Shown: positions 20,207-30,020 of the stretch, in pieces
Layout: the number at the start of each line of letters is the position of its first letter
How positions within the stretch are numbered: position 1 is the first letter of the stretch
Origin: Candidatus Bathyarchaeia archaeon
Lineage (GTDB): Archaea; Thermoproteota; CALKCG01; B24
Reading direction: 5' to 3'
Length of the DNA stretch: 64,000 bases
Assembly: GCA_038870975.1 (NCBI GenBank)
Contig: JAVZJD010000002.1
Coordinates: 256,001-320,000 of the forward strand
Translations under genes and position numbers: made by a program
Notes under the pieces: generated by a model
What the model was told of the DNA's origin: nothing
Seen by the model: the letters and a program-made list of their open reading frames with translations, nothing else
Database searches by the model: none

Positions 20207-21286
20207 CTATTCTATTCGAATTGGCAGACTTCCATTATCCCATATGGTTCTAGTGATGGCTTCTAAACCCTTCTTAAAGTGCGCTGGATGTACGTCTTCG
20301 GTTACGCTTATAATGTATCCAAAGCCAGGAGCCATCTCCTTCAGAAGATTTTTTGTGTATTGCACAATTTCCTCTCTACTTCTTAGAAATACTTCCTCTG
20401 GAAAATTCATCCATATGACCTTATTCCCCCATGCCTTCCTAGCTTCTGCTACAGGTAAATCTCCCATTGGAGGTGGAGTAAAAGCCTCGATAGCATCTAG
20501 CCTCGTCTTGGCTATAAGGTCTTTTAGAGTCCTAAGTCTACCATCCATATGTGATATGATGTATTTCCCCGAATTTTTCAATATTTCTGCGTACTTGTTG
20601 TAGTATGGTAGGCAGTATTTCTCGAAGAGTTTTGGAGAGATCATTTTCCCATCGATATTGTCGCCTATTCTAACAATTCTAGCCGAGGACTTAGCTATGA
20701 TAGAGTACATATCCATGTACTTCTTATCTAAAGCTTCTATAAGCTCATTTATCTTATCCATATGCTTCATCTGCATTAGAACAAAATTTCGAAATCCCAT
20801 AAAGCTCACTATGATCTTCATCAGTGGAGTATAATCTCCATTTACTGTGACTATACCGTCACCTTCCAATTCTTCTTCAAGTTGCTCGTAGACATCGTAT
20901 TGAGACTCGTATACAGTATCTTCAACAATAAACTTGATAACGTCTATGTCTTCAACTTTCTTTATTGGATGCTCAACCATCCAAGAACCCTGTCCTCTAA
21001 ACTGAAAAGTTAAACCAGTTCTATACTTAGAGTATACTTCTCCTACGGGCGTACGGTAAACTACGTATGTGTAATTTCCCACGGTTTTAGACTCTATTTT
21101 AACGTTAGGCGTATAAGACTTGCACACGCTACAGCGTATATCTAACCCTAAACCCATATTACGCATCTTCCGCTCGAAGCCTCCCCTGGGTAGATGGTTT
21201 GAGTATATGAGCCAAGGTACTCTATCGGCAACCTCACCTTTCAAAGTTAAATATACCCTTTCAGCCACATCCATAGATGCCCGCAT
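20207..21286 (-). CDS. Uroporphyrinogen decarboxylase / MtaA-like family protein
   Basis: GDN, ISPKLFEKYCLPYY, SHMDG, PPPMGD, GYII. Confidence 0.75.
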   Translation of the reverse strand: MRASMDVAERVYLTLKGEVADRVPWLIYSNHLPRGGFERKMRNMGLGLDIRCSVCKSYTPNVKIESKTVGNYTYVVYRTPVGEVYSKYRTGLTFQFRGQGSWMVEHPIKKVEDIDVIKFIVEDTVYESQYDVYEQLEEELEGDGIVTVNGDYTPLMKIIVSFMGFRNFVLMQMKHMDKINELIEALDKKYMDMYSIIAKSSARIVRIGDNIDGKMISPKLFEKYCLPYYNKYAEILKNSGKYIISHMDGRLRTLKDLIAKTRLDAIEAFTPPPMGDLPVAEARKAWGNKVIWMNFPEEVFLRSREEIVQYTKNLLKEMAPGFGYIISVTEDVHPAHFKKGLEAITRTIWDNGSLPIRIE

Positions 21287-21386
21287 AGTATTATAGTGAG
21301 TCTATTTAAGAAATTTTTGAATCGGATTTGCAGAACTATAACGTAACGCTTTTAAATGAAGACGTCGAACTTAATCTCAGTAGACT

Positions 21387-22415
21387 TTGGGAATAGACTT
21401 AGGAGACCTCGTAGTTAAAACTCCTTTAACATTTGAAGCACTTTCAGGTAAATCTATAGCCGTAGACGCTTACAATGCGCTCTACCAATTTCTCGCAATA
21501 ATAAGAGGCCCAGACGGTGAACCCCTTAAGGATAGAACTGGCAGAGTTACAAGCCACTTAAGTGGTCTACTATATAGAAGTTGTGCTCTAATGTCTTACG
21601 GCATTAAACTTGTGTACGTTTTCGACGGGAAACCTCCGGCTGAGAAAGAAATGGAGATTAAACGTAGGATGAAAGTGAAAGAAGAAGCCGCTGTAAAATA
21701 CGAGGAGGCTTTAAAAGTAGGAGATTTTGAGGCTGCTAGAAAATACGCTCAGGCTACGGCAGTAGTTAAAGACGAGATGGTCGAAGATGCTAAAAAGCTC
21801 ATTTCTCTCCTAGGTATTCCCTGGGTTCAAGCACCTTCAGAGGGTGAAGCACAGGCGTCCCATATGGCCTCAAGAGGCCACGTCTGGGCGGTGGCATCGC
21901 AAGACCACGATTGTTTATTGTTTGGAGCCCCTAGACTTGTTAGGAATCTTACGGTAACTGGCAGGAGGAAGCTTCCTGGGCGGAAGCTCTACGTTGAATT
22001 ACAGCCTGAGCTTATCGAGCTAGATAAAGTTCTTAAGGCGAATGCATTAACAAGAGAACAGCTTATAGATATAGCTATTTTAATAGGCACAGACTATAAT
22101 CCAGATGGTGTTAAAGGAATAGGTCCTAAGAAGGGCCTAAAGCTCATAAAAGAATATGGAAGCTTAAAAGCACTGCTAGAAGAGCATGTTGTAGATGTTT
22201 CAAGCTTTCCAGTGGACCCAGAGATAATAAGAAAGAGGTTTTTAAACCCTGATGTTACATCAGATTATGAGCTTGTATGGGAGGAGCCGAAGGTTTCGGA
22301 AGTCTTAAAGTTTCTATGCTACGAGAGAGATTTCTCTGAGAGCAGAGTTAAGAACGCACTGGAGCAGGCGGTTAAAGCTTTTAGAGAGAAGCACAGGCAG
22401 AAGCGTTTATTCTAA
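21387..22415 (+). CDS. fen: Flap endonuclease 1
   Basis: DAYNALYQFL, VFDG, APSEGEAQ, GTDYN, GIGPK. Confidence 0.97.
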   Translation: MGIDLGDLVVKTPLTFEALSGKSIAVDAYNALYQFLAIIRGPDGEPLKDRTGRVTSHLSGLLYRSCALMSYGIKLVYVFDGKPPAEKEMEIKRRMKVKEEAAVKYEEALKVGDFEAARKYAQATAVVKDEMVEDAKKLISLLGIPWVQAPSEGEAQASHMASRGHVWAVASQDHDCLLFGAPRLVRNLTVTGRRKLPGRKLYVELQPELIELDKVLKANALTREQLIDIAILIGTDYNPDGVKGIGPKKGLKLIKEYGSLKALLEEHVVDVSSFPVDPEIIRKRFLNPDVTSDYELVWEEPKVSEVLKFLCYERDFSESRVKNALEQAVKAFREKHRQKRLF

Positions 22416-22477
22416 CTCCTATCTTCCTTCCAAGATTTTAGGATTCTCTATTTCAAAATATTTTTATCTGTGTAAAA

Positions 22478-22497
22478 TATTTTATAATTATAAAATA
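22478..22497. promoter_or_regulatory. Perfect 20-bp palindrome TATTTTATAATTATAAAATA over the inositol-phosphate synthase promoter
   Basis: Self-complementary; 13 nt upstream of the GTG at 22511. Confidence 0.4.
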
Positions 22498-22510
22498 CTT
22501 TGGTGGGAAC

Positions 22511-23689
22511 GTGTCGGAAATTAAGACGTTGATGCTTGGAGCAGGCTATGTAACAACATTCTTTGCAGTTGGTCTTGAAAGGTTGAAAAAAGGGGAGATT
22601 GAGCCATATGGAGTACCTCTGGCTGATTTTGACATGGGCGTGGATATAAACGACATTAAGATTATAGCCTGTATTGACGTTGATGCGAGAAAAGTTGGTA
22701 GAACAATGTACGATGTTGCGAGGAAGTTTTACAGGTTTAAGCATGTACCCCAAACACTTAAAGACATCGTAATACACCCCGGAATAGAAATGGGATTTGT
22801 AAAAGAACTTTTCCCAATAGCCTCGCTAGATTACGAGGCAGACTTCCAGAATTCCGTTGAGAAAATGTACGGATTTATCGAAAGATGTAAACCAGATGTA
22901 ATAGTAGACGCTACAACAACTCAATACGCTGAACCTTTTCACGACTATATGATGTTGGAAAAAGCGGTAAGAGATAGAAGACTTACTCCTGGACAGCTCT
23001 ACGCATATTTGGCACTAAAGCTTATGGAAGAGGGTAGAGAAGTCTCCTACGTAAACGTAATACCGACTCCTATAGCAAATGACTACGCATATGTTTCAAC
23101 TGCAGAAAAATTTGGAGGACTCGTATTGGGAGATGATGGGGCAACGGGTGCAACACCTCTTACCGCAGACTTATTAGAGCATCTTAAGGAGAGGAATAGA
23201 AGAGTGCTGGGCGTAGTACAACTGAACATTGGGGGGAATGACGATTTTAAATCATTATTGGAGGAGAAGAGGAATAAGGCTAAAGAGTATACGAAAAGTA
23301 GTATAATTGAGGATATACTCGGCTATTATACACCTAGCTACATCAAGCCTACAGGTTTTCTCAGCTCGCTAGGTGATAAGAAGTTTGTCTCGATACACAT
23401 AGAGTACAATTCGTTTAACCGTGTCAAGGATGAAATCATAGTTAACATGAGGATAAATGATAGCCCAGCATTAGCTGGCTACATAGTCGATTTGGTGAGG
23501 CTCAGCAAGTTAGCTTTAAAAGCTGGCTTCAGAGGGACCGTATACGAGATAAATGCTTTCTATATGAAGAAACCTGGTCCTCCGAATGCGAAAAATACAG
23601 CTCGTATAATAGCCTTTGAGAGACTAGTCTCATTCCTAAAAACGATAACCGACAAGACAACATTAAACATTACGCAAAAAGCTTGCTAG
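22511..23689 (+). CDS. ino1: Myo-inositol-1-phosphate synthase (archaeal/Thermotoga type)
   Basis: GDDGATGATPL, QLNIGGNDDF, LGDKK, INDSPALAG. Confidence 0.92.
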   Translation: MSEIKTLMLGAGYVTTFFAVGLERLKKGEIEPYGVPLADFDMGVDINDIKIIACIDVDARKVGRTMYDVARKFYRFKHVPQTLKDIVIHPGIEMGFVKELFPIASLDYEADFQNSVEKMYGFIERCKPDVIVDATTTQYAEPFHDYMMLEKAVRDRRLTPGQLYAYLALKLMEEGREVSYVNVIPTPIANDYAYVSTAEKFGGLVLGDDGATGATPLTADLLEHLKERNRRVLGVVQLNIGGNDDFKSLLEEKRNKAKEYTKSSIIEDILGYYTPSYIKPTGFLSSLGDKKFVSIHIEYNSFNRVKDEIIVNMRINDSPALAGYIVDLVRLSKLALKAGFRGTVYEINAFYMKKPGPPNAKNTARIIAFERLVSFLKTITDKTTLNITQKAC

Positions 23690-23776
23690 AAATCTTCATT
23701 TAAGCGTGACAATGCTTTGACTATTCTAGAATGTTTAAAAGCCTTTAAGTAGAAGTTGAGCCGGGGGGTTCTCAAA

Positions 23777-24874
23777 ATGGAAAAAGTGAGGTTTGGAGTC
23801 ATAGGACTTAAAGGAATAGGAATGACCCATATAGAAGCCATTAAGAAATGTGGAGATGCTGAGCTAGTGGCTGTATGCGATATTGTCGAGGAGCTTGTTA
23901 AAGACGTTGGGGAGAAATATAGTGTTAGATGGTTTACAGACTACAGAGAACTTCTTGCGGTTAAGGATTTAGATGCAGTATGTATATGTACTCCACACTT
24001 TCTACACAATCCAATGACGATGGATGCTTTAAATGCGGGAAAACATGTCTTAGTTGAAAAGCCTATGGCGATGACTGTTAGGGAAGCAGACGACATGATC
24101 GCGAAAGCAAGAGCTAAAGGACTTAAACTCGGAGTGGCATTTACGTTTAGGACAAACCCAGCCTTGAAAAAAGTGAAAAACATGATAGAGAATGGAGAAC
24201 TGGGTAGACTACTCAGGGCTACACTGGAAGTTGCAAATTATCGTACCCAATTCTACTACGAGGATTCTCCATGGCGTAAAAGCTGGAGGACATCGGGGGC
24301 TGGCGTTTTGATAAATCAGACCATTCACCACTTAGACATCATGTACTGGTTCTTGGGAAGACCCAAGAAAGCCGTAGGCTTCATAGATACAAAACTACAT
24401 GATATTGAGGTTGAAGACCTAGCAAGTGCAGCGTTGATTTTTGAAGACAATTGTCATGCAACGGTTCAAGTGAGTTTAGTAGATAATCCCCAGTTTGATA
24501 GAATGGTTGTAAGCGGGACTAAAGGTAAAGTTATTCTAGATTTCGGTTCACATCTAAAGATTGGTGTGTCTGAACCAGATGTTGAAACACACATTAGAAC
24601 GTCTAGAGAACCTTGGAGTAGGCCGAGTGCAAGCTGGAGGGATATAAGTTTAGAGGGACGAGGGGGGCACGGTGAAATAATAAGAGATTTCGCTGAAGCT
24701 ATCAAATACGATAGAAAGCCTATAGTGCCTGGTGAAGATGGTATATGGTCTCTTGAAATTGTTAATGCCATTGTCTTGTCTAGCTTTACAGGTAAAGCTG
24801 TTGAAATACCTGTCGATCGAGAATCCTACGACAGACTTATGAATATGCTCAAAAGTGGATTAAAACCCATTTAA
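23777..24874 (+). CDS. Gfo/Idh/MocA family oxidoreductase
   Basis: GVIG, TPHFLH, HVLVEKPM, GVLINQTIHHLD, VED. Confidence 0.9.
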   Translation: MEKVRFGVIGLKGIGMTHIEAIKKCGDAELVAVCDIVEELVKDVGEKYSVRWFTDYRELLAVKDLDAVCICTPHFLHNPMTMDALNAGKHVLVEKPMAMTVREADDMIAKARAKGLKLGVAFTFRTNPALKKVKNMIENGELGRLLRATLEVANYRTQFYYEDSPWRKSWRTSGAGVLINQTIHHLDIMYWFLGRPKKAVGFIDTKLHDIEVEDLASAALIFEDNCHATVQVSLVDNPQFDRMVVSGTKGKVILDFGSHLKIGVSEPDVETHIRTSREPWSRPSASWRDISLEGRGGHGEIIRDFAEAIKYDRKPIVPGEDGIWSLEIVNAIVLSSFTGKAVEIPVDRESYDRLMNMLKSGLKPI

Positions 24875-24878
24875 AGCC

Positions 24879-25882
24879 CTATTTCCACATCCTTGGATAA
24901 GTGTTAGGCTTCATTATAACCCTTACTGTTTTAACTGCAACACCTTTTTCTCTTTCCAGCATCTCTTCACTCCCCATTAAAGCTCTACCGAGGGCTACAA
25001 GTTCCCCTTTAAGGGTAAATATGGCTACTGGGTCGTCGACTACTATATCTGAATTCAAACTCACAATACCTGGCAGTGCGAGGTCTGCGCCATGACAAAT
25101 AGCGTCTACAGCCGTGTCTCGAATCCAAATTTTCGGCATTAATGAAGTGGCTTCTTCTATGGGTTGAACTATCGATCTTAGAATTTTCTCATCCCCGGCT
25201 TTATATGCTTCAATGGCTTCAACCAAGTCTCTCAAGGTAGTTAAACCTTTATCTTCACTAAAGGGGCCAACTCTGGTCCTTCGAAGCTCCCTCATATGTG
25301 CTCCAGAGCCCAATACTTCGCCCATATCGTGTACAAGTTTTCTGATATATGTGCCTGCTTGACAGCCGACTCTAAGTAGCACATGTCGCTTATCTACTTC
25401 AACAACATCTATATAGTAGATGCTTCTAGTCCTGAGGGCTTTTTTAACTGAAGACCGTAAGGGAGGCTTCTGGTAGATTTCTCCTTGAAATTCTTCAGCG
25501 ACTTCTTTAATTTTACTCTCAGAGACATCGTCGTGAAGTTTCATTACGCATACGTACTCTTTACCTCCGGATAGAAGGACTTGTAGAGCTTTAGTAGCTT
25601 CGTTTAACGCTATAGGTAGTACACCGGTAGCGGGAGGATATCTCCAAGGAAAGGTTCTAGAGTCCCCCCGTGACCGGCTTTCCTAACATTCATGATTCTT
25701 TTAACAGTAGCTGTTACATCGTGACTTGTGGGGCCAGCTGGCTTGTCTAAAACAATGATTCCATATTCTAAATGTTCATCTATGGTTCTCTTCCAAGGTG
25801 GTTTACCGTATGCTTCATCTGTCTCTTCAAAGGCTTTGTAGAACACTTCTCTTTTAACCTCCCAGGGGGATTGAAGTCTCAA
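24879..25882 (-). CDS. cbf5: H/ACA pseudouridine synthase Cbf5; exons 25882-25657 and 25639-24879, 328 aa after splicing
   Basis: [10 protein letters not shown]; [15 protein letters not shown] restored by removing 17 nt; GTYIRKL, LRRTR, PUA domain; follows rpl14e. Confidence 0.96.
25640..25656 (-). other. 17-nt bulge-helix-bulge mRNA intron (AACCTTTCCTTGGAGAT)
   Basis: Exon stem GGGGGGA/TCCTCCC, central helix CTCT/GGAG, 3-nt bulges AGA and ATA; predicted cuts rejoin G^AT (Asp). Confidence 0.9.
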
Positions 25883-26181
25883 GCAACAATCCTCCTCTCA
25901 GGTTTCAGAGGAGTTTCAAATAGTTCTCGTAACTTTGCTTTCTCAATCGCCTTTATCACTTCATCATCGCTGGCTCCTCTGGGTATTTCAAGTTTATAGG
26001 GAGTTGGTTCTACATGTTTAACGTTTGCTCTTCGCCTTTTAACACCGCTAAGTGATTTAGGTCCAGTTATTAAGACGAAATTTTCATCTATTATATCTAC
26101 TACAACGCACTTTTTGCCCGCTTCCCTACCCATAGTTTTAACACAAACTCGACCTACTTCTATCATACATAAAACCTCCAT
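25879..26181 (-). CDS. rpl14e: 50S ribosomal protein L14e (eL14)
   Basis: [24 protein letters not shown]; true start may be the ATG five codons in. Confidence 0.95.
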   Translation of the reverse strand: MEVLCMIEVGRVCVKTMGREAGKKCVVVDIIDENFVLITGPKSLSGVKRRRANVKHVEPTPYKLEIPRGASDDEVIKAIEKAKLRELFETPLKPERRIVA

Positions 26182-26186
26182 CTAGT

Positions 26187-26750
26187 TTAACCAGATGATT
26201 GCTTGGTTTTAAGTCTAACATACTCATCTATTAATGTTTTTAAAACTCTGAAAATAGACTCGGCAGGGAGTCTATCCGTATTCAAGACGATGTCATAAAT
26301 ACTGAGATTTTGAAAATCTATCCCATAAAACTGGCTATACCTGAATCTATCGTTAGCCTCTCTCTGCATAGTCTCTTTAGCCACTTCCTCAATGGATTTT
26401 CCCTCGCGTTTAGCTAACCTTTTAAATCGAACATTGTCTGATGCTGTTAAGAATATTTTGACATCGGCGAATTCACCAGCCATCCAAGCAACTAAATCGC
26501 CCTCCAGAACGACAGAACCTTTTGAGGCTTCTTCCCTCGTCCTAGAATCTATATAGTTATCTAGGGTAGGGTCATTTCTAAGCTTCTCCGAGGCTTCACC
26601 TAGGTTTAAGCGTTCTCGAGTACAGTACTCACGAAATAAGCTTCCAGCTGAGACATATCTCAACTTGAACTCGGAAGCTATCATTTTCGCCTGTGTCGAT
26701 CTACCAGCCCCGTGTAAGCCACTTACGGCTATTACAATTTTAGCGTCCAA
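26187..26750 (-). CDS. cmk: Cytidylate kinase (archaeal type)
   Basis: SGLHGAGRST P-loop, SAGSLFR, VLEG, RY..FYGID; conserved position. Confidence 0.88.
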   Translation of the reverse strand: MDAKIVIAVSGLHGAGRSTQAKMIASEFKLRYVSAGSLFREYCTRERLNLGEASEKLRNDPTLDNYIDSRTREEASKGSVVLEGDLVAWMAGEFADVKIFLTASDNVRFKRLAKREGKSIEEVAKETMQREANDRFRYSQFYGIDFQNLSIYDIVLNTDRLPAESIFRVLKTLIDEYVRLKTKQSSG

Positions 26751-26988
26751 TGCTGGAGAACACCCCCTTCACCAGTAACCGTTTGAGACAGTTATGGCAT
26801 ATGCTTCCTCCATGAAGTCTGGATACCGTCTTTTGAGATTTAACCGAATTGCGGCGTATACCATGTAGTACATTACCACATAAATTGCAATGAGCTAAAC
26901 TACGTTTCTTCTTAACAACCCTATTAATTATCGTCCCACCTGGAAGCTTAACTTTGCTTTTAGGTTTTGCCAGAAGTCTTTTCTCCAC
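26740..26988 (-). CDS. rpl34e: 50S ribosomal protein L34e (eL34), divergent
   Basis: KLPGG, CNLCG, KTVSRLHGGSICHNC; GTG 26988 after SD GGAGGTG. Confidence 0.85.
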   Translation of the reverse strand: MEKRLLAKPKSKVKLPGGTIINRVVKKKRSLAHCNLCGNVLHGIRRNSVKSQKTVSRLHGGSICHNCLKRLLVKGVFSSIGR

Positions 26989-27514
26989 TACTCGCCACCT
27001 CCGGAGACGTAGGTATAAATGATATGCCCATAAGCTTAGAAATCGGAAGATTGGATGCGAAAACGCATATTGTATACCAAATTGGTATGTTGACAGGCGT
27101 TTCAAACGGAAAAGGAATCAATATTGCATAATTTGAACCGAAAATACTGTAGAGTATTGAGAAGAAGATCCAGAAGATAAACCAGAATACTGCTATCCTA
27201 ATGATAAATCTTGTGAAAACTTTTGTACTGAGGCTTCTAATTATAGGCTCCTTCTTCTTCATTTTAATTAAAATTTTCTTATCACCTTTCAATTTATACT
27301 CTTCTAGTAACTGCTTGTATTCGCTAAACTCCTTCATGTATTGTCTTTGAAGCGCTTCATTCATTATGAGTTTGTTTACGAATATAGACAATAGACCCAT
27401 TAGAAGCGAGAAGCCCAAAATTAGGAGGGACCCTAATCCCTGGCTGGCTGTGAAAGGTTTTAAAGGAGCTAAGAGCTCCATAAACATATTAACAAACGTT
27501 TCAAAAGGATTCAT
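26960..27514 (-). CDS. DUF106 / EMC3-TMCO1 (Oxa1 superfamily) membrane protein
   Basis: TM, coiled coil, TM, TM with WY motif; located after secY. Confidence 0.75.
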   Translation of the reverse strand: MNPFETFVNMFMELLAPLKPFTASQGLGSLLILGFSLLMGLLSIFVNKLIMNEALQRQYMKEFSEYKQLLEEYKLKGDKKILIKMKKKEPIIRSLSTKVFTRFIIRIAVFWFIFWIFFSILYSIFGSNYAILIPFPFETPVNIPIWYTICVFASNLPISKLMGISFIPTSPEVASSGEKTSGKT

Positions 27515-27520
27515 ACAAAA

Positions 27521-28945
27521 TCACTTCTCCAGAATGGGTCTTAAAGCAGGGTACATCTCCACAACTCTTTCTTGAACTAGTAGCTGATAATACTGATAGG
27601 CAATGTCTACAGACAGCAGTACACCTGTACCAGATCCAAACACATTGAAGAGGTCGGAAATTACCGCTATGAGCCCTATGATCGCGCCTCCTAGGACTGC
27701 AACAATTGGAATATACCTATTCATCACGGTTTCAATACTTTTAACGGTCCGCCTTCTACCCGGTATTTGAACACCAGCATCAATGAGCTGTTCAGCCACA
27801 TTTTTAGGACCCATTCCACCAACTTCTATCCACATAATCGAAAACACGATGCATAACGATACAAACAGCAATACGTAAACCACTGCCCTAATTGGGTCCT
27901 CTATAGCGTGTGTAAGCGACCTAGGTGACGTCAGATAGTATGCCATACAGCCTTTCACCGGCTCCATAGTTTCAGGGTCGAATTGAGTCATAATGTTGAG
28001 CCAGAAGTTTTGATTTGAGGAATTAAACCTCGCCCAGATAAACCTTAACCCCACGAAAAAGTTGGCGAGGAGGGCCGATGTAAATATGACTGGGATGACT
28101 GAAACGTAGAGCAATTTAAGTGGAAATCTGGCTCTGAAGCCTCTGAATCTAGCGTAGGATATGGGTATTTCAATCCTAACACCCTCTAAGTATATTATCA
28201 CTAGGAGCGTAACTATAGTCGACACGAACCCAACCATATTGGGTGTATTCTCCGACCCGCCTCTCATAAATGCTTTAACTACATCCTCTCCTTTCACTAA
28301 GCCTTCTATGAAAGCCGGAAGTGCGCCGAAGAGCTTCCCATCGTTAGCTATCCCAGGTAGGGGGGAGAATCCAAACCACCAAATTTGCTTTGCAACTCCT
28401 GCAAGTATGAAAAGGCTTATACCGCTTCCTAAACCCCACTTTTGAACCATTTCATCTAAAAGTATTACTACTATACCAGCTGCTATGAGTTGGGTGAAAA
28501 CAAGTAAGCCAGCTTCTGCTGGTAATACGCCGTAGACTCCACCCAAAATATATATTGTTGCTTGGAAAATTGTCATGAGTATACTCATGAACCTATTAGC
28601 CGTTGTATAGAGGACTCTATCCTCCGGATTTGAAAGATCACATTCTACGATTCCAGAGCCAACCAAAAGCTGGAGGATTAAACCACCAGTAACTATCGGT
28701 CCTATTCCAAGCTCCATAAGTGTACCATGTGTAGACGCAAATATGACCCTAGCCGCAATGAGCGGGTCATAAACCCCCCTATGTGGTATTCCGTACATAG
28801 GGGTTTCACTCATTACGTAGTATATTACTAGAGCGAAAAATGTCCATAATAGTTTAGAGGGGAAGCTAACCTTCTTATCCGGTTTTTTGACTTCAAACAT
28901 CAACCTCGAGAACGGTCTAAAGAAGTTTAGAAACTTGCCTGGCAT
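27521..28945 (-). CDS. secY: Preprotein translocase SecY
   Basis: GTLMELGIGPIVT, GLGSGISLFI, PLKLLYVS, GSGTGVLL. Confidence 0.98.
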   Translation of the reverse strand: MPGKFLNFFRPFSRLMFEVKKPDKKVSFPSKLLWTFFALVIYYVMSETPMYGIPHRGVYDPLIAARVIFASTHGTLMELGIGPIVTGGLILQLLVGSGIVECDLSNPEDRVLYTTANRFMSILMTIFQATIYILGGVYGVLPAEAGLLVFTQLIAAGIVVILLDEMVQKWGLGSGISLFILAGVAKQIWWFGFSPLPGIANDGKLFGALPAFIEGLVKGEDVVKAFMRGGSENTPNMVGFVSTIVTLLVIIYLEGVRIEIPISYARFRGFRARFPLKLLYVSVIPVIFTSALLANFFVGLRFIWARFNSSNQNFWLNIMTQFDPETMEPVKGCMAYYLTSPRSLTHAIEDPIRAVVYVLLFVSLCIVFSIMWIEVGGMGPKNVAEQLIDAGVQIPGRRRTVKSIETVMNRYIPIVAVLGGAIIGLIAVISDLFNVFGSGTGVLLSVDIAYQYYQLLVQERVVEMYPALRPILEK

Positions 28946-28951
28946 AGTTTA

Positions 28952-29398
28952 TCAAACCTTAACTTCTACTACTTCTCCACCAGCTTTCTTAACTTTCTCG
29001 ATGGCGTTCTCAGTAAAACCGATGGCTTTAACTACCACTGGAATGTTCAACTCTCCTCTACCCAAAAGCTTACCATATCCCAGTTGTGGCAGATCTATGA
29101 CTGGCTTGCCATTTTGAAGCTCAACGTTCTCCATTTTTGACAGTATCTGAGAAAGTTCTCCAACGTTAACTTCTTTGAACTTAGACTTAATCTTCTGTAT
29201 TGGCGATTTAAAACCTCTCTTACCAAAATAATCTGGAGCGTATTTAACGGTCCAAGTCCACTTATGCTTATGCAGGCCAGCTCTGCCAAAGCCTCCTCTC
29301 ATACCGCTTTTCCTATGCTGGCCTACTCTACCCCAACTGCAGGTTCTAGACCCTCTAAGTTTTCTTATTTTGCGAAGCCTAGTTGGCATGGAAGCCAC
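28952..29398 (-). CDS. rpl15: 50S ribosomal protein L15 (uL15)
   Basis: RKLRGSRT, GGFGRAG, FGKRGF, KLLGRG. Confidence 0.96.
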   Translation of the reverse strand: MASMPTRLRKIRKLRGSRTCSWGRVGQHRKSGMRGGFGRAGLHKHKWTWTVKYAPDYFGKRGFKSPIQKIKSKFKEVNVGELSQILSKMENVELQNGKPVIDLPQLGYGKLLGRGELNIPVVVKAIGFTENAIEKVKKAGGEVVEVKV

Positions 29399-29420
29399 CA
29401 GTACTTTAAAGTGAAAAGAG

Positions 29421-29966
29421 TCATTCTATTTTAAGTTTCTCCCCTTTTACAGTCTGCCCAGTCTTTTTAAGCTTTACCTCGAGGACACCGTTCTTATAGG
29501 TTGCTTTGGAGGACTTAGGGTCTATAGTATCTGGGAGCTCAAGCTCTTTACGATAGCGTCTATCTGGAGCGTCTACCCTTATAGTTAGCGATTTTTCAGT
29601 AGCATTGACTTGTATCTGCTCTTTTTCAACTCCAGGCAGCTCCGCTACTACGATTATTTCATCCTCCTTCTCTATAACGTCAACTAGGGGCTCCATTTCT
29701 GATTTAACTTCAGGACCATATCTGCCTGGAAATACATTTCCAAATTCTCTTATTACTGGTTTTCCGTCAGGACCTACTCTGATTGAAAAGCCATAAGTAT
29801 ATATTTTAGACTCGCCTGGTTCAATTCCTTCGAAGATTCTTTCTGGTTCAAATCTAAAGCTTCTACGAACAATATCATCTATCATCTTATTCATACGTTC
29901 GAATTCTTCATATATATCGAACCACCAGTCTTTTCTACGCCTCGACCATCTCTCGTCATCGCTCAT
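29421..29966 (-). CDS. hsp20: Small heat-shock protein Hsp20
   Basis: YGFSIRVGPDGKP, EPLVDV, AELPGV, YKNGVLEV; own TTTATA box near 30005. Confidence 0.95.
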   Translation of the reverse strand: MSDDERWSRRRKDWWFDIYEEFERMNKMIDDIVRRSFRFEPERIFEGIEPGESKIYTYGFSIRVGPDGKPVIREFGNVFPGRYGPEVKSEMEPLVDVIEKEDEIIVVAELPGVEKEQIQVNATEKSLTIRVDAPDRRYRKELELPDTIDPKSSKATYKNGVLEVKLKKTGQTVKGEKLKIE

Positions 29967-30020
29967 GATAGCACCTCTCGAAGATATAGAGATAGAACTC
30001 AGCTATAAACTTAGTTACGA

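Noticed and set aside
24879-25882. cbf5 as a frameshifted pseudogene or two genes
   Set aside because: The 17-nt insert has exact BHB geometry at the catalytic codon, and its removal restores the conserved motif
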